The notes: generated by a model not told the origin, from the letters alone. DNA of 64,000 nucleotides from a virus (IMGVR_UViG_3300025018_000001); one strand, 5' to 3'. Counted from the first letter of the stretch, positions 7,987 through 15,555 are shown. Program-made: numbers and translations.

Positions 7987-8289
7987 TTATAATAAAGACA
8001 TGTTAGCAAAATAATCGTTACTGCCTAGGCTTGCTATAGCAGTAAGTTGATTGTTAAAATCAGGCTCTTTAAAACTTGTATAATGGATCTTACCATGTTT
8101 AAGAAGCGCTGTCAAGGATTTTAATTCATCCTCATCATTTACTTTTAAGTACACTAAAGTACCATTAGACCAATGAGTATTATTTTTTAACAAATACTCG
8201 GCTAAGGCGTGGCCAGCTTGGACCGCTTGCTGGGATTTAGATAAATCTTTTCTTGTAACTACATATAACTTATCCTGCATTTGCAACAA
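7987..8289 (-). CDS. Pth2-like protein (PTRHD1-type divergent peptidyl-tRNA hydrolase)
   Basis: LYVVTRKDL...QAVQAGHA, LVYLKV.DEDEL, F.EPD...TAIA. Confidence 0.8.
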   Translation of the reverse strand: MLQMQDKLYVVTRKDLSKSQQAVQAGHALAEYLLKNNTHWSNGTLVYLKVNDEDELKSLTALLKHGKIHYTSFKEPDFNNQLTAIASLGSNDYFANMSLL

Positions 8290-8590
8290 GCTCCTGCTTT
8301 TTAAGATTTTCCCAATGAAGGATGATAGGTTTCATAATCCTATCTACGTAGTACGTGTCAGGCTTGTTATCGTCTGCACACTTACGTTCTATTTCCTCCA
8401 TAGATCTACCTCTTATCAAACAGTAAGCTATGTGGTGGTGCCTATAATCATATCGTAGATCATCTAATCCAGCTACTACACCGTAAAGAGAACCCTTACG
8501 TTTAGATTTTTTATTTCTAATCTCTACCGCTGCTTCTTTTAATGCTACTTTTAGTTCTTTTAATGTTTCTATTTTAGTATTAATTTTCAT
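8270..8590 (-). CDS. Hypothetical basic protein (YRHHHIAYCLIRGR motif), coupled to the Pth2-like gene
   Basis: ORF track, GGAG RBS, overlaps next start. Confidence 0.75.
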   Translation of the reverse strand: MKINTKIETLKELKVALKEAAVEIRNKKSKRKGSLYGVVAGLDDLRYDYRHHHIAYCLIRGRSMEEIERKCADDNKPDTYYVDRIMKPIILHWENLKKQELVANAG

Positions 8591-8657
8591 AATTTTTTCT
8601 CCGTATTTATTTATTAGTATAGTAATAATAGTAGTAACAATTATAGTACCAATAAAT

Positions 8658-8699
8658 TTACGGTGACCTAACTACCTAGACGAATCCTGATTTTGTCAT
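8658..8699 (-). promoter_or_regulatory. Leader uORF MTKSGFV-(TAG)-VVRSP-(TAA) with internal amber codon
   Basis: AAAGGAGG-GACT-ATG ACA AAA TCA GGA TTC GTC TAG GTA GTT AGG TCA CCG TAA, followed by AU-rich hairpin 8609-8657. Confidence 0.65.
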
Positions 8700-8712
8700 A
8701 GTCCCTCCTTTG

Positions 8713-8961
8713 TTAATTGTATTTAGTTTGTACTATCTCCGCATCAGTGAAAACATGGGTATCTTTATCAGCACATACCCACAGGGGAAAACTTTCCCCA
8801 CTATTATCATGTAAGTGAAGACCACATAACTCACCATTTTTTATTTGCACCCATTTATACATGTAATGCTTCTTCCTGCGTACAGCACCTATAAAGTGGA
8901 ATACTTTGAGAACATCAAATTCACGTATCTCATTCCCTTTCTTATCTAGAACCTTCTTCAT
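8713..8961 (-). CDS. Hypothetical protein (DKKGNEIREFD, YopX-like motif)
   Basis: ORF track. Confidence 0.65.
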   Translation of the reverse strand: MKKVLDKKGNEIREFDVLKVFHFIGAVRRKKHYMYKWVQIKNGELCGLHLHDNSGESFPLWVCADKDTHVFTDAEIVQTKYN

Positions 8962-8970
8962 GCTTAGACC

Positions 8971-9153
8971 TTACTTCTCTTCTTTAGGGCCACTAGTATC
9001 AGTAGTGTATCTACTTACTCTATCGTGACAAACTATACAGTGTACAAGCCCTTCAAAATTGTCAATTATATTGGAGTCTCTATATACACCGCCGCAACCA
9101 TTTTCACAGGGTCTATCTAGTCTATCCTTTACGTTGTTAAAAGGTTTAATCAA
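8971..9153 (-). CDS. Small Cys-rich hypothetical protein
   Basis: CENGC...CIVC, AGGAG RBS. Confidence 0.6.
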   Translation of the reverse strand: MIKPFNNVKDRLDRPCENGCGGVYRDSNIIDNFEGLVHCIVCHDRVSRYTTDTSGPKEEK

Positions 9154-9179
9154 AGTAAATCTCCTAGTTGTTAAATAAA

Positions 9180-9770
9180 TTAAATAGTATCCCTATTAAG
9201 GACTACTGCCAATACACCTTTAGAATCATAAATATGAGTACTATTCAAAACAGTTTCTAAATTATAATCATATTTAGCAAATAAGTCAAGCCACCATTGC
9301 TTAGAATGTATCTGAATGTGTGTTTTGTCATTCTTGCTTACTTCTAAAACAAAATCCTCCCCTTCAATAGCTGCTACAGGTATACGTACAATAATAGTAT
9401 TAGCTACTGTAATACTACCTAATAAACTATGCAGAGCATCTTCTGGTATATGTTCTAATACATCTAAGAATAAAACAACATCAAACATTCCTGACAATAG
9501 GCCAGGGTCATAGTGGTGCAGTAAGTTAGCTAAATTATAATGCTTTTTACCAAACTCTACAGCCCAGTGACTTATATCTGTGCCTTCACAATATACATAT
9601 CTCTCAGTTAATTCATATATTAAACCGCCAGTAGCGGCACCGTAGTCTAAAACGCATTTATGTTTTAAATAAGGTAATAAATCATCAGCTAAACCAGAGA
9701 ACTTCTTCTCACGGTAGTCATCATAATTACTGATGGTACTTTTTACATAATAGTTTTTATCAAAAGGCAT
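9180..9770 (-). CDS. Class I SAM-dependent methyltransferase (start revised to MPFDK)
   Basis: VLDYGAATG, GTDIS, FDVV..LDVLEH. Confidence 0.88.
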   Translation of the reverse strand: MPFDKNYYVKSTISNYDDYREKKFSGLADDLLPYLKHKCVLDYGAATGGLIYELTERYVYCEGTDISHWAVEFGKKHYNLANLLHHYDPGLLSGMFDVVLFLDVLEHIPEDALHSLLGSITVANTIIVRIPVAAIEGEDFVLEVSKNDKTHIQIHSKQWWLDLFAKYDYNLETVLNSTHIYDSKGVLAVVLNRDTI

Positions 9771-9780
9771 AGTATAATCC

Positions 9781-10707
9781 TTAAATAAATTTAAAATGCT
9801 CACAAGGTAAAATCACTTGCTCTATCAAATCATTGTGCTCATTAAAAAAACATTTTCCTTCTTGGCATAAATTAGTAGCAAAAGCTTTTGGTGGGCTTAG
9901 CCAATGTCTAGTTATGTCTTCTATAGCGCACATTCTAAAATTTGGGTTAAACTTTCTATCTATCAATGGATTAGCTGAACAATGATACACAAAGCCGTCA
10001 GTATTTACGAACGGTTTCAAAAGGCCCATCCAACAACGGTTAGGTACTGTATATTTCTTCTGTTGAAAAAAGAAACCTGGGTATTTATTTAAAAAAGGTT
10101 TTATAGCCTCAGTTGCAGCATCAATGTCATCTATCGACAGACAGTTTGGCACCACCCTAACATAACTTGCGTTGTACTTATTATAATAGTCAGCAATTTT
10201 AATTAGCTTTTCCTCAGAAGAAAGTTCAGTCCAGACGTATGAAAATCCTAATGTTACATTACTTGGTATATCTATAGTAATATCTTCTACGTAGTCTAAA
10301 CAATTTAAACTAATTCTAAGCCACTCTAACTTGGTTAAGTTCTCTTGTGAAATATTAATTAACTTAACCCCGTTTGTTATCATACCTATATTATACCCTA
10401 AGCTAAATGAAAAGTCAATAGCTTCATTTATATATGAGTACATTGTTGGATCTCCGCCGCCGGTAAACTCTACTGTCTGTGCACCTAGGCCTTTAAAATC
10501 TTTTAATATTTGCTTACACTGTTCTAATGTGAGTGTATTACCCTCACGTGCTTTTACTGAGCACATAGTACAATTTAAGTTACAGGTATCAGTAGGGGCG
10601 AGTTGTATAGATATTGGCTTAAAGATACCATTTTGCATCTCCTGAAGCCTATCAAGATTGTGTAGTAGTTTTGTTTGGGTACTAGTATATAATTTCTCTT
10701 TACTCAT
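9781..10707 (-). CDS. Radical SAM protein with SPASM/twitch-type C-terminus
   Basis: CNLNCTMC, FTGGGDP, ITNG, C..G....VNTDG.VY.C. Confidence 0.92.
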   Translation of the reverse strand: MSKEKLYTSTQTKLLHNLDRLQEMQNGIFKPISIQLAPTDTCNLNCTMCSVKAREGNTLTLEQCKQILKDFKGLGAQTVEFTGGGDPTMYSYINEAIDFSFSLGYNIGMITNGVKLINISQENLTKLEWLRISLNCLDYVEDITIDIPSNVTLGFSYVWTELSSEEKLIKIADYYNKYNASYVRVVPNCLSIDDIDAATEAIKPFLNKYPGFFFQQKKYTVPNRCWMGLLKPFVNTDGFVYHCSANPLIDRKFNPNFRMCAIEDITRHWLSPPKAFATNLCQEGKCFFNEHNDLIEQVILPCEHFKFI

Positions 10708-11431
10708 AAGTATAGTCCTCTATTATTAGGTCTGTATTCCATTTTAGATTAGCAAAAGCCTTGTCATGCCATTCATGACTACAACAAGTTCCCATATCTC
10801 TACCTCTATGGTTTGTTCTAGAGTAAGAAGGGAAGATTTCATACAGATTATTTTTTTTACAACAAGCAGCTATTGCCCAATCCCAACCATAAGAATTAAA
10901 ATACTTTAGTGCAAGCTCATCATTAAACCAATGGTGTTTAAATACACCCTCAATGTTATCTTTAAAAGCACACCAACCTAAGCCTGTGAATGTACCACAT
11001 CTAGTTAATAACTTACTAGGCTCACTAGGGTTACTATCATAATTAAATAAACCATAACTATTGAAGGTTAAGGGTTTATCTCTAAAAGTTCTTTCATAGT
11101 AATCAGCAAGTTTTAATGCGTCAGGTGAGATGAATATATCATCATCCATATGACAATTAAATGTACTACCTGCATTAAAAGCCATAGCAATAGCTGCAAA
11201 CTGATTTAATCTATGATTTTTTCTAGTAGTATTAATAGTAACAGTCATTGAAGCAAAGCCATAATTATTTTCTAGTACTTTTTTTATCTCGTTAGTTTTT
11301 TCAGATGGGTCAACACTTATAAAGAAATGCCAATCTTTTGGATTACATTTAGCAATGTCTAGTAAGGTTTCTTTTAAGTAGTCAGGTCTATTGTATGCAG
11401 TCATACTTATTGTTTTCATAGTAGACTCCAA
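10700..11431 (-). CDS. GT-A glycosyltransferase, GT13/GnT-I-like
   Basis: AYNRPDYL, MDDDI, FTGLGW, WDW, SRT..G mirror the GnT-I motifs. Confidence 0.75.
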   Translation of the reverse strand: MESTMKTISMTAYNRPDYLKETLLDIAKCNPKDWHFFISVDPSEKTNEIKKVLENNYGFASMTVTINTTRKNHRLNQFAAIAMAFNAGSTFNCHMDDDIFISPDALKLADYYERTFRDKPLTFNSYGLFNYDSNPSEPSKLLTRCGTFTGLGWCAFKDNIEGVFKHHWFNDELALKYFNSYGWDWAIAACCKKNNLYEIFPSYSRTNHRGRDMGTCCSHEWHDKAFANLKWNTDLIIEDYTYE

Positions 11432-11830
11432 TTATAAATATTTTCTATATTCTGGGGTTGTTATACACAAGTGCTTAAACATATACCTTGCTATGGTTGT
11501 AGATATATCTTCTACTACAAGCTGTGTAACCTCCTCACGGGACTCGAAACGACAGTTAGTATTTATCTTACCAAATATTTCTTCCCCATTAAGACTACAC
11601 TTGTATAGAATAATTTCACCTACGGATGCCCAATTTTGTGAAACTGTTACGGCAATGTCTATGACAGTGTTAGATATTTTAAATGAATCAATTGTAGATT
11701 TCTGTGCTTTTTGTACAAACTCATGATATAAACGAATACTGTCGTCTGTTGGGGCTTTATGCTCAGTTATTGTTCTAGCATAAGGTACTGCAGTTTCTCT
11801 AACTGTTCCTGTATGATAAGTGTCAAACAT
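11432..11830 (-). CDS. Hypothetical protein
   Basis: ORF track, AAGGAG RBS. Confidence 0.7.
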   Translation of the reverse strand: MFDTYHTGTVRETAVPYARTITEHKAPTDDSIRLYHEFVQKAQKSTIDSFKISNTVIDIAVTVSQNWASVGEIILYKCSLNGEEIFGKINTNCRFESREEVTQLVVEDISTTIARYMFKHLCITTPEYRKYL

Positions 11831-11862
11831 ATAATTCTCCTTTAATTCTTTAGATAATGCTT

Positions 11863-12303
11863 TTATTCACACCAGTCTTTTACTTTTGTCCCTCCATTAT
11901 ACTTAACTGCCAGGCCTTTGTCAAGTAAAATTTCAGCTAAGTTGCCTTCTGATGTAATAACATCTGCAACGATTCTAAAATACTTGCCTCGGCGTGTATT
12001 AAGTAAAGATAGGTATTTGGTATCTCTTAAAGTAACATATACAAGTTCTTTGGCTTCTATAGCTAAATGACGCTCTTTGTCACACTTACCATGTATCTCA
12101 GGTGTATCTATACCATAAACCCTTATGCTTATCTCTTTACCCAAAATGTCCGGTACATCGTCTATATTAACAGTAATAGTGTCACCATCATAATTTCTAA
12201 CCACATGTACAGCATGAAAATCTCCATACGTTTTATCTGTAGCTTGAGCGTTGGTATAGCTTAGTAGTAATATTGTTGTTAGTAAAACTAATAATCTATT
12301 CAT
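11863..12303 (-). CDS. Thermonuclease (SNase family) with signal peptide
   Basis: YDGDT, IRVYGIDTPE, KYFRIVA, GLA; hydrophobic N-terminus. Confidence 0.9.
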   Translation of the reverse strand: MNRLLVLLTTILLLSYTNAQATDKTYGDFHAVHVVRNYDGDTITVNIDDVPDILGKEISIRVYGIDTPEIHGKCDKERHLAIEAKELVYVTLRDTKYLSLLNTRRGKYFRIVADVITSEGNLAEILLDKGLAVKYNGGTKVKDWCE

Positions 12304-12310
12304 ATAAAGC

Positions 12311-12883
12311 CTATTGTAAACGTATAAAATTAGGAGTAGAAAACTTTAGATCCACTTCTCCTATGTCTAGGTGACAGTGCGTATGATGGTTATAAACAGT
12401 ACCAGTGTTTTCTGATAATCTAATACCTGTTAAGTCAAGCTTATATTTCCTAGCTACTGTTCTAAGTTCACTAATTAATACATCATTAACCCTAAAAACT
12501 GTACCTGGAATTATTTGAGATACTCTTAAACAATATATTAAAAATCTTTCAGCATCAAACACACCTCTTTTCAATTTTGTACCTGGGATATCCCACATGT
12601 CTGTGGATTGTCTTCCAGCGGTGCTGTTAGTTTCAAAAGTATAATATCCTTTATCCACTGATATAAACTGTTTATGACTAGCACCAGGATGCCTATCATC
12701 TACGTTTTTATACGTAGAAAAGTCATAGTAACAAGCAACCCTATCTTTTCTGTCTGGGAAATCAAAATATATACTAGCATCAACCAACCATAGGGCTATA
12801 AATCTATTAGCCTCAATGTATCTGTAATCTATATGTCCTATACAACTTTGATACGCCGAATCTCTACAACCTATTACTTTCAT
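12311..12883 (-). CDS. Putative zinc metallopeptidase of LAS type (M15/M74-like), possible murein hydrolase
   Basis: SHKQFISVD (H-x6-D) and HHTHCHLD (HxH). Confidence 0.45.
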   Translation of the reverse strand: MKVIGCRDSAYQSCIGHIDYRYIEANRFIALWLVDASIYFDFPDRKDRVACYYDFSTYKNVDDRHPGASHKQFISVDKGYYTFETNSTAGRQSTDMWDIPGTKLKRGVFDAERFLIYCLRVSQIIPGTVFRVNDVLISELRTVARKYKLDLTGIRLSENTGTVYNHHTHCHLDIGEVDLKFSTPNFIRLQ

Positions 12884-13212
12884 GTTCCTACCACCCTTGC
12901 AATAGTAAAATGTGGAGAACCGTATTGGTCAACAAGCATTTCGTCAGGTCCTAATATTTTCATTTTATAACGCCAACTTTTTATATTGGGGTGATCAGTA
13001 GGTAGTATTAAATGCCCTTGTTCAGGTGCCAGTGTTATCTCTTGTGTTTTTATAATCTTAGAACCATCAGGCCATTCATACCAATGTACAGTAATTTTAT
13101 TTTCTACGCCAGAAGGGTTATCCAAAACAAAGGCTACCCATTGTGGTTTATCATCCTTTATATTTGGGTCTTTTGGGCGACTTGCAAAATAAGGTATCTG
13201 AAATATTTTCAT
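12880..13212 (-). CDS. Hypothetical protein
   Basis: ORF track, AAGGAG RBS. Confidence 0.7.
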   Translation of the reverse strand: MKIFQIPYFASRPKDPNIKDDKPQWVAFVLDNPSGVENKITVHWYEWPDGSKIIKTQEITLAPEQGHLILPTDHPNIKSWRYKMKILGPDEMLVDQYGSPHFTIARVVGT

Positions 13213-13265
13213 TTATTTTCTCCTTTAAATTTTAATTAGTCTTATTATATACAAGACACTTTATT

Positions 13266-13337
13266 AGCGGATACTCGGACTCGAACCGAGATCTTAAGCT
13301 TGGAAGGCTTCAATGCTAACCATTACACCATACCCGC
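13266..13337 (-). tRNA. tRNA-Gly(TCC)
   Basis: GAAGC-CT TCC AA-GCTTA, cloverleaf. Confidence 0.95.
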
Positions 13338-13340
13338 ATT

Positions 13341-13423
13341 CGGAGAGCGTAGGATTTGAACCCACGGGGCTTTCGCCCTTCAGTTTTCAAGACTGATGTC
13401 ATAAGCCACTCGACCAGCTCTCC
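13341..13423 (-). tRNA. tRNA-Ser(TGA)
   Basis: TCAGT-CT TGA AA-ACTGA, long variable arm. Confidence 0.95.
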
Positions 13424-13430
13424 TGTTGTT

Positions 13431-13514
13431 TGGATGCGGTAGGACTCGAACCTACGAAGACCCTAAGGCCGGGAGATTTACAGTCTCCAGCAATTGCCAC
13501 TATGCGACACATCC
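13431..13514 (-). tRNA. tRNA-Tyr(GTA)
   Basis: GGAGA-CT GTA AA-TCTCC, long variable arm. Confidence 0.95.
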
Positions 13515-13521
13515 ATGTATT

Positions 13522-13595
13522 TGGTGCTAGAGGGATTTGAACCCTCGCTGCCGACGTGAAAGGCCGGTGTCCTAACCTAGCTAGACGATAGCACC
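13522..13595 (-). tRNA. tRNA-Glu(TTC)
   Basis: CCGGC-CT TTC AC-GTCGG. Confidence 0.95.
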
Positions 13596-13600
13596 ATGTG

Positions 13601-13673
13601 TTGACCCAGAGAGACTTGAACTCTCGACCTCGGAGTTAAAAGCTCCTTGCTCTACCAACTGAGCTATGGATCA
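13601..13673 (-). tRNA. tRNA-Lys(TTT)
   Basis: GGAG-CT TTT AA-CTCC, TGATCCA/TGGGTCA acceptor. Confidence 0.93.
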
Positions 13674-13679
13674 TTAATT

Positions 13680-13751
13680 TGGACTCGGATGGGATTGAAC
13701 CACCGACGCTCGCCTCTTCAGGGCGACGCTCTACGACTGAGCTACAAGTCC
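13680..13751 (-). tRNA. tRNA-Phe(GAA)
   Basis: TCGCC-CT GAA GA-GGCGA. Confidence 0.95.
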
Positions 13752-13757
13752 AGTGTT

Positions 13758-13830
13758 TAGTTCCAACTGGCATCGAACCAATGTCTCACGATTATCAGTC
13801 GTGTGCTCTAACCAACTGAGCTATGGAACC
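13758..13830 (-). tRNA. tRNA-Ile(GAT)
   Basis: CACGA-CT GAT AA-TCGTG. Confidence 0.95.
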
Positions 13831-13841
13831 ACTAAAAACTA

Positions 13842-14042
13842 TTAAGATATTAATGCTAATTGTTGTCTAATATATCTCATAAATATTATTGCCTTTTCTC
13901 TTGCGGGAAAAGTAGCCTCACCACAATCTACTATAGGCACAGTAAATATAAAATCGGTGTCTTCAACGTGATAGTGAAGATAACCAGCCCTATAGAAATC
14001 AAAACAAACGTACCTATCCTTAACTAATTCTTTAATGTTCAT
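13842..14042 (-). CDS. Small phage hypothetical protein inside the tRNA array (start revised to MNIKEL)
   Basis: AAGGAG RBS after the tRNA; the track start lies within the tRNA. Confidence 0.75.
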   Translation of the reverse strand: MNIKELVKDRYVCFDFYRAGYLHYHVEDTDFIFTVPIVDCGEATFPAREKAIIFMRYIRQQLALIS

Positions 14043-14062
14043 AAATTCTCCTTTAAGTTGTG

Positions 14063-14134
14063 TAGGTAAAGTAGGGGTTGAACCTACGACTTCTAGCATA
14101 TGAGGCTAGCGTTCTACCACTGAACTATTTACCC
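14063..14134 (-). tRNA. tRNA(CAT), elongator Met or Ile2
   Basis: CTAGC-CT CAT AT-GCTAG; lacks initiator GGG/CCC stem. Confidence 0.9.
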
Positions 14135-14140
14135 TTTTTA

Positions 14141-14182
14141 AAACAAAAAAGGCGACTTAGAGTGTTATCCCTAGTCGCCTTT
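14141..14182 (-). terminator. Intrinsic terminator directly upstream of the tRNA array (attenuator)
   Basis: GGCGACTAG-GGATAACACT-CTAAGTCGCC-TTTTTTGTTTT ending 6 nt before the first tRNA. Confidence 0.85.
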
Positions 14183-14206
14183 AGTATATATTTATACTTA
14201 GTTCAA

Positions 14207-14281
14207 CTAGACATAGCAGTACATTCCCTCAATTTTTGAGGAGCCATAAAAGAAAATCTTTTCATAGTTTGTACTAATCAT
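14207..14281 (-). promoter_or_regulatory. Attenuator leader peptide MISTNYEKIFFYGSSKIEGMYCYV-(TAG)
   Basis: Manually translated; AGGT RBS 8 nt upstream; the stop region CTAGTTG can pair with CGACTAG of the terminator 5' arm. Confidence 0.75.
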
Positions 14282-14373
14282 AGTTGTTTACCTAATTTAA
14301 GTTTATTATTACTGCTTATAATATGTATAAGCGAGATATATTATTAATACTACTCCAAGACCACCTAGCAATC

Positions 14374-14679
14374 TTACATAAAAATTACTGAAATAGGGCC
14401 AGGAGCTGCTGGTGCCAAAAAATCCACTGATACGTCCTCTATAATGGAGGGTTCAGACTCGTTAGCTGCGTCATCAATTGCTACAATAGAGAATGTATAA
14501 GTACCATCAAGTGCCGGAGCAATGTTGTTAAGTACGAACTCTATATTACCATCAGCATCAGTAACTAATTCATCCAACAAAAATAGCTTACTATCTGCAG
14601 GATCAGGTCCCCAGGATAGTTTGTATGAAACTACATCTGTTGATGTAGACGGAGCAAAAACTAATTTAACTGTATTCAT
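14374..14679 (-). CDS. Fibronectin type III/Ig-like protein
   Basis: YKLSW, GTYTFSIVAID.AANES, P.APG. Confidence 0.75.
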   Translation of the reverse strand: MNTVKLVFAPSTSTDVVSYKLSWGPDPADSKLFLLDELVTDADGNIEFVLNNIAPALDGTYTFSIVAIDDAANESEPSIIEDVSVDFLAPAAPGPISVIFM

Positions 14680-14730
14680 TATTATTCTCCTTACTATTTA
14701 TTTTTAATTATACAATATTATCTAGGTTAG

Positions 14731-15492
14731 TTAATTAGTAGTATGGCAGTTAGTACATGCTATGCGTTTTTCAGCATGTTTTTTATGGCTTTCACTTACC
14801 CAACTCTTAGAGGAGTGGCAGTTATTACATAAATTTTGCCATGGCATCTCTTTAAAACCTGTTGGATTAACTTCACCTGTAGGTGGTACTGGTGTGTTAT
14901 CCTCATCATTACTACCTATTAAATCACCAGAACCTACCCTTACATGACACTCTAAACAGCCCTGATGTACTAAATAATCTTCAGCTTTAAACCCAGGTGT
15001 AGCGTGTGGGTAATGACAAGTTTTACATTTAATTATGTCACCCTTAAGTAATACTGCTATACCAGTACCTGAAGTAATTTCATTACCACTCATAGGGTCT
15101 TTTACAAAACCCCCATTACCATCAGACACTTTACGTCCAACAGGCTGAAAATCATATTGAGAACATATAAATCTATCCGAAACTACTACAGCATCCTTAC
15201 CATTATGGCAAGGCGTACATGCAGTTATTCCTTCTCTCTTAACTCTATTACCATGGTTAACACCATGAGCATTACCTGGAGAAGGTAAAAATTCAACTAC
15301 TGGTGGCTCAGGGTCTGGGCATACTATCGGATCTGGACATATAGTTGGATCTTCACAAGGTGTACATAGTGGTGGACTATCCAGAGTAAGTGTTTGTCCC
15401 TCTTCAGCACTAAACCATACCTTATCAGCAGCACTAGCTATTGATAAACATAAAAGTGTTAATACAAAAGCGATGCCAATGATCTTCTTCAT
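14731..15492 (-). CDS. Secreted multiheme (5x CxxCH) c-type cytochrome
   Basis: Sec signal peptide MKKIIGIAFVLTLLCLSIASA; CTPCH, CKTCH, CLECH, CNNCH, CTNCH; extra His as distal ligands. Confidence 0.92.
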   Translation of the reverse strand: MKKIIGIAFVLTLLCLSIASAADKVWFSAEEGQTLTLDSPPLCTPCEDPTICPDPIVCPDPEPPVVEFLPSPGNAHGVNHGNRVKREGITACTPCHNGKDAVVVSDRFICSQYDFQPVGRKVSDGNGGFVKDPMSGNEITSGTGIAVLLKGDIIKCKTCHYPHATPGFKAEDYLVHQGCLECHVRVGSGDLIGSNDEDNTPVPPTGEVNPTGFKEMPWQNLCNNCHSSKSWVSESHKKHAEKRIACTNCHTTN

Positions 15493-15526
15493 TTTTTTTT
15501 ATCCTTTAATTTAAGTTAGTAAAACA

Positions 15527-15555
15527 ATTATACTACATTATTTAAACACTGTCAA
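15527..15555 (-). promoter_or_regulatory. Consensus sigma70 promoter of the cytochrome gene
   Basis: TTGACA-N17-TATAAT. Confidence 0.85.

Noticed and set aside
13341-13423. Selenocysteine/opal suppressor
   Set aside because: Anticodon TGA reads UCA (Ser); a Sec tRNA would have TCA
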